Of a stretch of DNA of 44,071 nt, positions 34,220 to 43,153 are shown piece by piece. A program made the translations under genes and the position numbers. A model generated the notes under the pieces. That model was not told the DNA's origin, did no database searches, and was given only the letters and a program-made list of their open reading frames with translations. This DNA is from an uncultured Spirochaetia bacterium (GTDB taxonomy: Bacteria; Spirochaetota; JAHITG01; CAYQNP01): the NCBI GenBank assembly GCA_964418785.1, contig CAYQNP010000040.1:1-44071 (forward strand), in the 5' to 3' direction. Positions within the stretch are counted from its first letter, which is position 1. Every line of letters starts with the position of its first letter.

Positions 34220-35179
34220 ATGAAAAAAGCTGTTCTGTTTATACTTATTATATTACTATTCAGCAACTGTTCCAGATTAAAAAAAAATATCTATCAGGAA
34301 ACCTTTTTCGGTTATGACACTATAATTACTCTTTCCATAGTAAATATTTCAGAAAAACAATTTAATTTTTTAATACAAAATATTAAAAGCCTGGTAAATA
34401 AATACGATTTAATATTCAATTCCCACAATAAAAAAAGCGAATTATACAGAATAAAATTCTATAAAACGCATAAAAAATATAAAGTATCCCCGGAGCTATA
34501 CTATGTATTAAAAACAGCAAAACAAATTTATAAAAACAGTAACGGCTTATTTGATCCCACTATTGGAATTTTAAATGAAGTTTATAATTTCAGCGGAACA
34601 AATCACAATATTCCGCTGATAAAAAATTACTAAAACAACATCGGGTACTCAAATTTAATATTACTTAAAAATAATACTATTTTATTAAAAAAAAATATAA
34701 CAATAGATTTAGGCGGAATATCAAAAGGGTATATAATAGATAAAATAGCAGATTATTTAAAAGTCAATAAAACGACAAATTTTTTAATCAATATAGGCGG
34801 AGACATCTATGCAAACGGAAAAAATGCTAAAAACCAAAAATGGGTTATAGGAATACAACATCCGAGAAAACAGAATAAAATTATATTTAAATACAGATTA
34901 ACAAATAAATCCATTGCAACTTCAGGAGATTATGAACGATTTTTCTTCTTTAACGGGAAAAGATATTTTCACATAATTAACCCTTTTACAGGTATGCCGG
35001 CAGATACAAATATTATAAGTGTAACTGTAATAAGGGAAAAAGCTGTATTTGCAGATGCTCTTGCAACAACAATATTTCTGCTTGGAGAAAAAAAAGCATC
35101 ACAATTTATAAAAAAATATTATCCGGACACAGAATATTTTATTATATTAAAGAATCTAAAAATAATAAAGAACCGATAA
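34220..35179 (+). pseudogene. apbE: ApbE-family FAD:protein FMN transferase lipoprotein interrupted by one in-frame TAA (34631-34633)
   Basis: Track ORFs 34220..34633 and 34994..35179 and the stretch between them are all in one frame. My codon-by-codon reading of 34634-34993 found no further stop. Lipobox LFSNC. All ApbE blocks are present: GLFDPTIG, IDLGGISKGY, IGGDIYANG, TSGDYERFF..GKRYFHIINPFTGMP, ADALATTIF. Confidence 0.8.
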
Positions 35180-35341
35180 AGATATTTACCAGACAAAAGA
35201 GAATGACATTAAATTTATCATTTCAATATCATAAAAAGAGAATCCCCATGATATATTATACTTTTCGTCATTATATTTTACACCGAAATTAACCTTTTTA
35301 TTGAAAAAACATTATACAAAAACAATAGTAAATTTCCTTAT

Positions 35342-36799
35342 TTACTCATTAATATAGTCATCATAAGTCAGTACAGGATTACGAGCTGCTGCGGTTTCAT
35401 CCAATCTGCCGATAGCTGTATTTACCGGTGCATTCTTTAATACATCAGGTTCTTTCTCTGCTTCCTCAACAATCTTTTTAAACACATCAGCAAATTTATC
35501 AAGTGTTTCCTTTGTTTCCGTTTCTGTAGGCTCTATCATTATTGCTTCTTTTACAATCAACGGAAAATAAACTGTAGGCGGATGATATCCGAAATCAATT
35601 AATCTTTTCGCCAGATCCATTGTATGAACACCAAACTTATTAAGTTCTTCCCCGGACAATACAAATTCATGCATACATTTTCGTTTATACGGCAATTCTA
35701 AAACACCATCCAGTTTTTTCATAAGATAATTAGCATTTAATACTGATTTTTCTCCTACTGCCTGCAATCCTTCAAGCCCTATAGATTTTATATAAGTATA
35801 TGCTTTTATAATAACGCCGAAATTTCCGTAAAAAGAATGAACTTTTCCTATACTCTGTTTTAAATTATAATCAAGGAAAAATTTTCCTTCTTTATTTTTA
35901 GACACAATTGGGACAGGCAAAAACTCTTTTAATTTTTCAGTCACACCCACAGGCCCGGAACCCGGGCCGCCGCCGCCGTGTGGTGTTGAAAATGTCTTAT
36001 GTAAATTAAAATGAACTATATCAAATCCCATATCTGAAATCTTAACTTTACCCAATAGAGGATTCAGATTGGCACCATCATAATATAAAAGCCCGCCGAC
36101 TTTATGTATTATATCCCGTATCTTTAAAATATTAGTATCAAATAATCCCAATGTATTTGGATTTGTAATCATTATCCCTGCTGTATTATCATCTACAACT
36201 TTTTTTAATTCATCTATATCAATATTTCCATTCTCATCAGACTTTATTTCAACAACTTCAAATCCTGCTATAGTTACAGTGGCAGGATTTGTACCGTGTG
36301 CCGAATCAGGAACTATTATTTTATTTTTATTAATATTTCCGTTAACCTGATGAAATTTTTTCATTATAATATTTCCGGTTATTTCACCATGTGCTCCGGC
36401 TACAGGCTGCAACGAAAACAGAACCATACCGGATATATCCTGAAGCATTTTATTAAATTCAAATAAAATCTCCAGTATCCCCTGAACAAACTCTTCATCT
36501 AATAAAGGATGTGCTTTTAACAATTTCTCATTACCTGCTATCTGTTCATTTATCTTAGGATTATACTTCATTGTACATGAACCGAGAGGATAAAAATTAT
36601 TATCCACCCCGAAATTATTTCTTGACAAATTTACGAAATGCCTTACAAGTGATACTTCTGAAATTTCAGGTAGTCCTATTCTATCTTTTCTTATTAAATC
36701 TTCGGATATACCGGCAGATTTTAAATCTTTCTCATCTATATGTGCTTCCGGCAAATAAATTTCACTTTCTTCACGATATTCAGGTATTAATTTTTCCAC
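35342..36799 (-). CDS. gcvPB: glycine dehydrogenase (decarboxylating) subunit 2
   Basis: 485 aa. ..GSCTMKYNP.., ..QPVAGAHGE.. and ..HFNLHKTFSTPHGGGGPGSGPVGV.. (PLP lysine) are P-protein subunit 2 signatures. It is the last gene of the gcv operon. Confidence 0.95.
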   Translation of the reverse strand: MEKLIPEYREESEIYLPEAHIDEKDLKSAGISEDLIRKDRIGLPEISEVSLVRHFVNLSRNNFGVDNNFYPLGSCTMKYNPKINEQIAGNEKLLKAHPLLDEEFVQGILEILFEFNKMLQDISGMVLFSLQPVAGAHGEITGNIIMKKFHQVNGNINKNKIIVPDSAHGTNPATVTIAGFEVVEIKSDENGNIDIDELKKVVDDNTAGIMITNPNTLGLFDTNILKIRDIIHKVGGLLYYDGANLNPLLGKVKISDMGFDIVHFNLHKTFSTPHGGGGPGSGPVGVTEKLKEFLPVPIVSKNKEGKFFLDYNLKQSIGKVHSFYGNFGVIIKAYTYIKSIGLEGLQAVGEKSVLNANYLMKKLDGVLELPYKRKCMHEFVLSGEELNKFGVHTMDLAKRLIDFGYHPPTVYFPLIVKEAIMIEPTETETKETLDKFADVFKKIVEEAEKEPDVLKNAPVNTAIGRLDETAAARNPVLTYDDYINE

Positions 36800-38127
36800 T
36801 CGTTAATCACCTCTATAAAATGTTCCACATCATTATTTTCTGTAACCGATACAAGCAAAGAACTATCTGCATCATTGGATTGTATAAATTTTTCAAGCGG
36901 TAATCCGAATAAAATATTATATTTTTTAAGAAAGTCTCTAAAACTGTCTCTTTTTTCTTTTGAAGAAAACTTCAGAACAAATTCATTAAAAAAGTTCTCA
37001 GAATATTTTAATTCACCGATTTTATTTTTTAAAATAGCAGCAGCAACAGAATGTGCCTTTTCAAACAATAACCTGCTTAAATTCCTTATTCCATTTTCAC
37101 CAAGTGCAGACATATAAACAGTTGCCTGCAATGCACACAGCGCTTCATTAGAGCATATATTCGAAGTTGCTTTTGCTCTTCTAATATGCTGTTCCCTTGC
37201 CTGCAAGGTTAAAGTAAAGCCTATATTATTATTTTTATCGTGAGTCATACCGACAATTCTTCCAGGCAATCGGCGCATATACTTTCTCTTCACAGCAATT
37301 ATACCAAGTAATGGCCCGCCAAAATTAGGATGTATTCCAAGACTCTGTCCCTCTGCAATAGCTATATCTGTTCCGTATTCACCGGGAGATCTTATAAGCC
37401 CAACACTAATAGGATTAAAAATAGTTATTAATAATTTATCACCTATTATCTCTTTTAATTTAACAATCTTATTTTCAAACAGTCCGAAAAAATTAGGATT
37501 CTGAACAACTACTCCTGCAACTTCGTCATCTAAGTTCGCCTTTAAACTTTCCAGATCTATTTCTCCGTTTTTAGTTTTAACAACGATTATATCCAGTTTA
37601 TCTGCTACATTATAAGTAAACAAAACTTTTAAATATAACGGATTAATATTATCAAAAACTACTATTTTTTTTCTTCTTTTTATTGACTTACACATATACG
37701 CAGCTTCTACAAGAGCAGTACCGCCGTCATAAAGTGACGCATTAGAAACTTCCATTCCTGAAAGACGCACTATTAATGATTGAAATTCAAACATCGCCTG
37801 TAAAAATCCCTGACTTAATTCAGGCTGATACGGCGTATATGAAGTATAAAACTCTGAACGCGATACAATCTCATTTACAACTGCAGGAATATAATGATTA
37901 TAGATACCTGCACCAATGTAATATTCAACAAATTTATTTTTTTCGATTTTTTTTAAAATCTCTTTTTTTAGTTCGCTCTCAGGCAAGCCTTTTTTATTAA
38001 TATTTTCAGTTTTATATTCTACATCTTTTAATTCCGGAGGAAATTCATATAACTCATTTACATCCGTTATATTCAGAAAACTCTTTATTTCCGAGTAATC
38101 ACTTTCGCTATCCGGTATAAATTTCAT
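36787..38127 (-). CDS. gcvPA: glycine dehydrogenase (decarboxylating) subunit 1
   Basis: 446 aa. ..YIGAGIYNHYIPAVV..SRSEFYTSYTPYQPELSQG.LQA.FEFQ.. and ..REQHIRR.KATSNICSN.AL are signatures. It overlaps gcvPB by 13 nt. Confidence 0.95.
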   Translation of the reverse strand: MKFIPDSESDYSEIKSFLNITDVNELYEFPPELKDVEYKTENINKKGLPESELKKEILKKIEKNKFVEYYIGAGIYNHYIPAVVNEIVSRSEFYTSYTPYQPELSQGFLQAMFEFQSLIVRLSGMEVSNASLYDGGTALVEAAYMCKSIKRRKKIVVFDNINPLYLKVLFTYNVADKLDIIVVKTKNGEIDLESLKANLDDEVAGVVVQNPNFFGLFENKIVKLKEIIGDKLLITIFNPISVGLIRSPGEYGTDIAIAEGQSLGIHPNFGGPLLGIIAVKRKYMRRLPGRIVGMTHDKNNNIGFTLTLQAREQHIRRAKATSNICSNEALCALQATVYMSALGENGIRNLSRLLFEKAHSVAAAILKNKIGELKYSENFFNEFVLKFSSKEKRDSFRDFLKKYNILFGLPLEKFIQSNDADSSLLVSVTENNDVEHFIEVINEWKN

Positions 38128-38129
38128 AA

Positions 38130-38516
38130 TTAACCTGAAACCAAATCACTATATTCTTCAGAAGACAACAAATTATTCAGCTCTTTTTTATCGTTAATTT
38201 TTATTTTTATAAGCCATCCTTTGCCATACGGATCAGAATTAATAAGCTCGGGATTTGTATTTAACTCTTCATTAACTTCTACAATCTCACCTGAAACAGG
38301 AGCTATAAGTTCAGAGACAGCCTTTACAGACTCTATAGAGCCGAATTCCGAGCCCTGCTCAACAGAAGTCTCAGACTCAGGCAATTCAACATATACAACA
38401 TCCCCTAATTCTTCTTGAGCATAATCTGTGATACCCACAATATATATACCGTCATCTTCTTCTTTAATCCATTCATGAGACTCAGAATAAAATAAATCAT
38501 CTAATATTTCACTCAT
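38130..38516 (-). CDS. gcvH: glycine cleavage system H protein
   Basis: 128 aa. YSESHEWIK....VGITDYAQEELGDVVYVELP and the lipoyl-lysine context ESVKAVSEL.APVSGEIVEVN are signatures. Confidence 0.95.
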   Translation of the reverse strand: MSEILDDLFYSESHEWIKEEDDGIYIVGITDYAQEELGDVVYVELPESETSVEQGSEFGSIESVKAVSELIAPVSGEIVEVNEELNTNPELINSDPYGKGWLIKIKINDKKELNNLLSSEEYSDLVSG

Positions 38517-38531
38517 CTAAGAGACCTCCTT

Positions 38532-39620
38532 TTATCTCCTTATATTATTTATAAAAGGCAATGTCACTAATCTACCTTTATAATCTTTTTGGTGTATTCT
38601 AACATCTATTTTTTCTTTGTCAAGATAATTTTTATCAATGAATCCCATTCCTATGGACTTATTAAGATTAAACGAATAGGTTCCGCTCGTGATATACCCG
38701 ATTTTTTCTTCGTTGCAAAATATTTCATTATCTTGCCGCGGGACTCTGTTAGTCTCCATAATAATTCCGAACCTTTTCCGTTTAATATTATCTCTTAAAC
38801 TTTCCAATGATTCTCTTCCTATAAACTCTTTGTTAAACTTAACTGTCCAGCCTATACCTGCTTCAAAGGGATTTATATCTTCCGATAAATCATTTCCATA
38901 TAGCGGATATCCGGCTTCTATTCTCAAAACATCTCTTGCACCTAATCCTGCAGGCAGTATTTTATACTTCTTGCCATTTTCTAAAAGTGTATTCCATATC
39001 TCTACTGCATTTGAATTATTTACAAGTATTTCAAACCCTTTTTCCCCTGTATATCCTGTTCCGGATAATATTATATCAATATTTTTAAACTTTGTTTCAA
39101 TAAAAGTATAATATTTAAGCGAATCTGCATCTCTAACAAATTCTTTCATAAGACTTACAGATTGGGGCCCCTGCACTGCTATTAATGAAAACTCATCACT
39201 TACATCATTCAAATTAACCTTATAATTCTTAGAATGATTTAAAAGCCAATTCCAATCTTTTACTATATTAGAAGCATTAACTACAAGAAGGAACTTATTA
39301 GAGTTATATTTATAAACAAGCAAATCGTCTATTATCCCGCCGTTATTGTTGCAAACAGGAGAATATACAATTTTATAATCAGGTAAATTAACCGTAGAAT
39401 TAGTAATAATATAATTAACAAAACTCTCTGCTTCAGGCCCTTCTATAATAAACTCGCCCATATGTGAAGCATCAAATAATGAAATATTTCTTCTGGTATT
39501 TATTGTCTCTTCTTTTATAGAAGAAAAATATACAGGCAAACTCCAGCCGTGAAAATTTACAATTTTTGCATTTGAATCACTATACGCTTTAAACAATACT
39601 GTTTTTCTAATATTTTCCAT
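38532..39620 (-). CDS. gcvT: aminomethyltransferase (glycine cleavage T protein)
   Basis: 362 aa. ..KTVLF..H....AKIVNFHGWSLPVYF.S...E....R....LFDASHMGEF.. and ..GYTGE.GFEI.. are signatures. It is the first gene of gcvT-H-PA-PB. Confidence 0.95.
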   Translation of the reverse strand: MENIRKTVLFKAYSDSNAKIVNFHGWSLPVYFSSIKEETINTRRNISLFDASHMGEFIIEGPEAESFVNYIITNSTVNLPDYKIVYSPVCNNNGGIIDDLLVYKYNSNKFLLVVNASNIVKDWNWLLNHSKNYKVNLNDVSDEFSLIAVQGPQSVSLMKEFVRDADSLKYYTFIETKFKNIDIILSGTGYTGEKGFEILVNNSNAVEIWNTLLENGKKYKILPAGLGARDVLRIEAGYPLYGNDLSEDINPFEAGIGWTVKFNKEFIGRESLESLRDNIKRKRFGIIMETNRVPRQDNEIFCNEEKIGYITSGTYSFNLNKSIGMGFIDKNYLDKEKIDVRIHQKDYKGRLVTLPFINNIRR

Positions 39621-39626
39621 TTTAGT

Positions 39627-39654
39627 ATTATAAAGTGCAGAAATTATTTGTCAA
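39627..39654 (-). promoter_or_regulatory. consensus sigma70 promoter with leaderless geometry (gcv operon)
   Basis: Minus strand: TTGACA (39654-39649), 16-nt spacer, TATAAT (39632-39627), 6 nt (ACTAAA), then ATG (39620). There is no room for an SD. Confidence 0.55.
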
Positions 39655-39769
39655 TAAAAATTTAATTATTATGTCTCCGGATTTTTTAAAATTTTATTAA
39701 AAAACATATAATATATTTCCGACAATTAATTAAGGAACACCATATATCTTCAATAAACAAGGAGTTTAA

Positions 39770-41041
39770 ATGTATAATAGTACAACATTGGACAACGGAA
39801 TAAAGATTTTAACATATAAAAATACTTATTCCAATTCAGTATCAGTAGGTTTCTGGATTAATGCCGGATCAATTGACGAAAAGGATTCAGAATCGGGTTT
39901 TGCACATTTTATTGAACATATGATGTTTAAAGGGACAAAAAAAAGGAATGCTTTTGATATTGCAAAAGAGATTGACAAATACGGTGCCTATATAAATGCC
40001 GGAACCACCAAGGAATACACATCCTATTATATTAAAATAGATCACAATAAAATAAAAAATGCTCTTGATATATTAATTGACATGTTGAGCAATTCTTTAT
40101 TTGACAAAGAAGAATTAGAAAAAGAAAGACGCGTTGTGCTTGAAGAGATATATATGTACGAAGACTCCCCCACTGATGTTGTACACGATAATTTATTAGC
40201 TGCGATGTATCCTTCACATCAATTAGGAAGACCAATATTAGGCTCTATAGAATCAGTCTCTTCTTTCAACAGAAAAGACATATTAAGATTTTTAAGAAAA
40301 CATTATACTACAGATAATCTTATTATATCTATTGCAGGAAAAGTAAATCATAAAGAAGTAGTTGATTACATAAAGAAATCTAATATATTTAACAACAGGC
40401 GCGGGATTAAATCTAAAAAAAGCAGAAAACTTGCTAAAATAACCAGGCAGGATATTATAAAAACAAAAGACTTATCACAGGTAAATTTCTGTCTCGGTTT
40501 TCCTGCTATAAAAAAAAATGACGAAAGAAGATACGCACTATATGTAATCAATACTTTATTAGGCGCATCAATGTCTTCAAGACTATTCCAGGAATTAAGA
40601 GAAAAATCAGGATTATGTTATTCGATTTACTCATTTACAAGTTTATACAGAGATTCGGGGATTCTCGGCATTTATGCCGGAACCAACTTAAAAAATTTTC
40701 CAACAGCAGTTGAAAAAATAATATACGAAATAAAAAAAATTAAAAACAACGATATTTCAGACGAAGAGATTGCAAATGTGAAAGAACATCTTAAAGGCAA
40801 CATTGCACTTTCCTACGATAATAACGACACCTGGATGGAAAGTATGGCAAAACAGTCTTTATTCTATAATGATTATATACATTTTAAAGAGATAATAAAA
40901 AAAGTTGACAGAGTAACGAGAAAAGATGTAATGGAGCTGGTTAATTTACTTTTTCCGGATAATTATAAAATAATAATCTCTTCAATAGGAAACAAAAAAC
41001 ACAAAAAAATATTATCGAATCTGCCTCTTATTATAGGATAA
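39770..41041 (+). CDS. M16-family (pitrilysin/insulinase-like) zinc peptidase
   Basis: 423 aa. It has the inverted zinc motif HFIEHMMFKGT (HxxEH) and a downstream ..EE.. ligand region (VVLEEI). An AAGGAG SD is present. Confidence 0.85.
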   Translation: MYNSTTLDNGIKILTYKNTYSNSVSVGFWINAGSIDEKDSESGFAHFIEHMMFKGTKKRNAFDIAKEIDKYGAYINAGTTKEYTSYYIKIDHNKIKNALDILIDMLSNSLFDKEELEKERRVVLEEIYMYEDSPTDVVHDNLLAAMYPSHQLGRPILGSIESVSSFNRKDILRFLRKHYTTDNLIISIAGKVNHKEVVDYIKKSNIFNNRRGIKSKKSRKLAKITRQDIIKTKDLSQVNFCLGFPAIKKNDERRYALYVINTLLGASMSSRLFQELREKSGLCYSIYSFTSLYRDSGILGIYAGTNLKNFPTAVEKIIYEIKKIKNNDISDEEIANVKEHLKGNIALSYDNNDTWMESMAKQSLFYNDYIHFKEIIKKVDRVTRKDVMELVNLLFPDNYKIIISSIGNKKHKKILSNLPLIIG

Positions 41042-41049
41042 TTTAAATA

Positions 41050-42216
41050 GTGAATATTCTTATATTTACAGATACATTTAAACCCCAGATAAACGGACTT
41101 GTAACAGCCATATCAATATTTAAAGAAGGAGCAGAAAAACAGGGACATAAAGTATATATTGTTGCACCGGCTGTAAAAAAATACAAGTCTTCTGACAAAA
41201 ATATTATATTTATTCCTTCTGTACCGTTCATTTTTCTGCCGGAATATAGAATAACTTTTTTAATTTCTATAAAAATACTTAGACTAATAAAAAAAACAAA
41301 ATTTGACGTTATCCATACACATACACCGTTCTCTCTCGGAATAATGGGTGCTATCTGCGGAAAATTATTTCATATACCTGTTATCCATACATATCATACT
41401 TACTTTGAAGAATACATACACTATTTAAAACTTCCCGGATATATAGGAAAAGCAGTTGCAAAATACTTTTCAAAATTCTATTGTGAAATAACAGATAAAA
41501 TAATCGTTCCATCTTCTTTTATAAAAGCAGTATTAAAATCCTATAAAATAAAAAGAAATATTTCTGTACTGCCCACAGGAATAGATATATCTAAATTTAA
41601 AGTAAAAAACAGAGAGAAACACATCTGGAAACACAAATATAAATTAAACCCGGAAGACAAAATTTTACTTTACACAGGCAGACTTGCAAAAGAGAAAAAT
41701 CTTTATACACTTATTGATATATTTAAAAAAATCCGTTTAAAACACAGACACATAAAATTAATGCTTGTGGGAGACGGTCCGGAAAAAAATCATCTTATAA
41801 ACTATGCTGTAAAACTTAATATTTACGAAAATACAATTTTTACGGGTTTTATACCGCGTAATAAGATAAAATTTCTTTATGCAATAAGTGATATTTTTGT
41901 ATTTCCGTCATTAACAGAAACACAGGGATTAGTGTTATTGGAAGCAATGGCATCTCATATTCCTATAGTAGCATTTTATAAACGCGGAACAAAATCAGTT
42001 TTACCAAATTCTAAAATAATCGGTATCTCGCCTGTAAAGACAAAACAGGAATTTTTTAATGAAATAGAATTTTATTTAAACTATAAAAATTATGAGAAAA
42101 TAAAAAAGAATCTTACTGATTTTGTGAAAAAATTCAATTATATGGAATCCACTGAAAAATTAATTTCTCATTATAATACTATTCTGTCTCAAAAACAGAT
42201 TTATCCTGTTTTATAA
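41050..42216 (+). CDS. GT4-family (GT-B fold) glycosyltransferase, glycolipid-synthase-like
   Basis: 388 aa with a GTG start. The N-terminus MNILIFTDTFKPQINGLVT and the C-terminal ..GRLAKEKNL..GDGPE..FVFPSLTETQGLVLLEAMAS (EX7E) are signatures. Confidence 0.85.
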   Translation: MNILIFTDTFKPQINGLVTAISIFKEGAEKQGHKVYIVAPAVKKYKSSDKNIIFIPSVPFIFLPEYRITFLISIKILRLIKKTKFDVIHTHTPFSLGIMGAICGKLFHIPVIHTYHTYFEEYIHYLKLPGYIGKAVAKYFSKFYCEITDKIIVPSSFIKAVLKSYKIKRNISVLPTGIDISKFKVKNREKHIWKHKYKLNPEDKILLYTGRLAKEKNLYTLIDIFKKIRLKHRHIKLMLVGDGPEKNHLINYAVKLNIYENTIFTGFIPRNKIKFLYAISDIFVFPSLTETQGLVLLEAMASHIPIVAFYKRGTKSVLPNSKIIGISPVKTKQEFFNEIEFYLNYKNYEKIKKNLTDFVKKFNYMESTEKLISHYNTILSQKQIYPVL

Positions 42217-43141
42217 TAATAAACAGGATAACATTAATTACTGTAAGTACTATAAATCCGGCGAGACCTGTTACACCTATTAACAAATCATTCCCGCCTT
42301 TAAGAAGAATAACAGCAAGTCCTGAAGTAGCGTTTAAACTTCCGTGCAATACAGCTGCAGCAATTACAGACTTAGCCTTTAATCTTATATAACTGAATAT
42401 AGGAGATAAAAGTATTGTAAAGATAATCATAAAGAGTACGCCGGCAACAGGATGCGCAGGATAATTATGTCCCATTAAAATAATCGGGGCATGCCATACT
42501 CCCCATACAAAACCTATAATAAAGGATGCTCTCCAGAATCCCATATATTTTAATTCATCAACTAAAAAACCCCGCCAGCCGAGTTCTTCACCGAAAGCTG
42601 CAACAGCATTAACAGTAGGACCTGCTATGAGTCCCTGAATTAAACCCAACCAGAAAGGATGCAGCGGCAAATTTTTCAAATCGGCTTTCATCCCTGCAAT
42701 TTTATCTGCAGGAATTATGTTCTGAAATCTTTCAAAAAATCCTGTCATATCACTTGAATAAAACACATTGGGGAATAATAAACTTACTCCCAGAGAAGCA
42801 ACTGCAACAAATAAAGGAAGCAACCATCCTGCAAACCACCAGCGATTTATATTAAATCTTACCGCCAGGGCCTCTTTTATATTCTCTTTAAAAATAATTT
42901 TCTTAACTATTAAAACAGAAGTCATCGGCATAAACATATAAATAACACCAATAACAACAGAAACAGGGGTATTCCATTTCCCGCCCCGTAAATAATATAT
43001 TAATATTATACTCCAGCTGAATATAAAAGTAAAAAACAGATACCAAAATACCGGTTTATTTCTGGCTTTCATTATTATAAAATTATTTTTTTTCAACTTA
43101 ATGTCAACAAATTTTATAACTCTGCCATATATAATATTCAT
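42179..43141 (-). CDS. CPBP-family intramembrane glutamic endopeptidase (CAAX protease-like)
   Basis: 320 aa, polytopic. It has motif 1 GEELGWRGFL, motif 2 FVWGVWH and motif 3 LHGSLN. Confidence 0.85.
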   Translation of the reverse strand: MNIIYGRVIKFVDIKLKKNNFIIMKARNKPVFWYLFFTFIFSWSIILIYYLRGGKWNTPVSVVIGVIYMFMPMTSVLIVKKIIFKENIKEALAVRFNINRWWFAGWLLPLFVAVASLGVSLLFPNVFYSSDMTGFFERFQNIIPADKIAGMKADLKNLPLHPFWLGLIQGLIAGPTVNAVAAFGEELGWRGFLVDELKYMGFWRASFIIGFVWGVWHAPIILMGHNYPAHPVAGVLFMIIFTILLSPIFSYIRLKAKSVIAAAVLHGSLNATSGLAVILLKGGNDLLIGVTGLAGFIVLTVINVILFIIIKQDKSVFETE

Positions 43142-43153
43142 TTCACAGAATTA

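Noticed and set aside
34631-34633. In-frame TAA in apbE as evidence for stop-codon reassignment
   Set aside because: TAA terminates many well-supported genes in the window, including the permease, the YjfB-like ORF and apbE itself. All long ORFs are intact under the standard code. A single nonsense change or a sequencing error is the simpler explanation.
35180-35341. Bidirectional intrinsic terminator between apbE and gcvPB, and a further GAATGACATT box at 35201-35210
   Set aside because: Only weak AT-rich stems of 5-7 bp with large loops and no U-tract can be drawn. The GAATGACATT match is short and lacks the hairpin partner seen in the 31.8-kb units, so I consider it a chance match.
39621-39769. 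Glycine riboswitch upstream of gcvT
   Set aside because: Only 149 very AT-rich nucleotides are available. The conserved GGAGAG...CACCGAAGGGGCAA-type cores are absent. A consensus promoter ends 6 nt before the ATG, which leaves no leader to fold.
30116-41231. Track ORFs 30116..30361, 31025..31249, 31080..31358, 32082..32288, 32820..33224, 36571..36903, 36875..37117, 37776..38000, 38221..38418, 38589..38798, 38689..39111, 40032..40235, 40366..40551 and 41043..41231
   Set aside because: They are antisense or alternative-frame shadows of the csgG-like gene, the permease, gcvPB/PA/H/T, the M16 peptidase and the GT4 gene.
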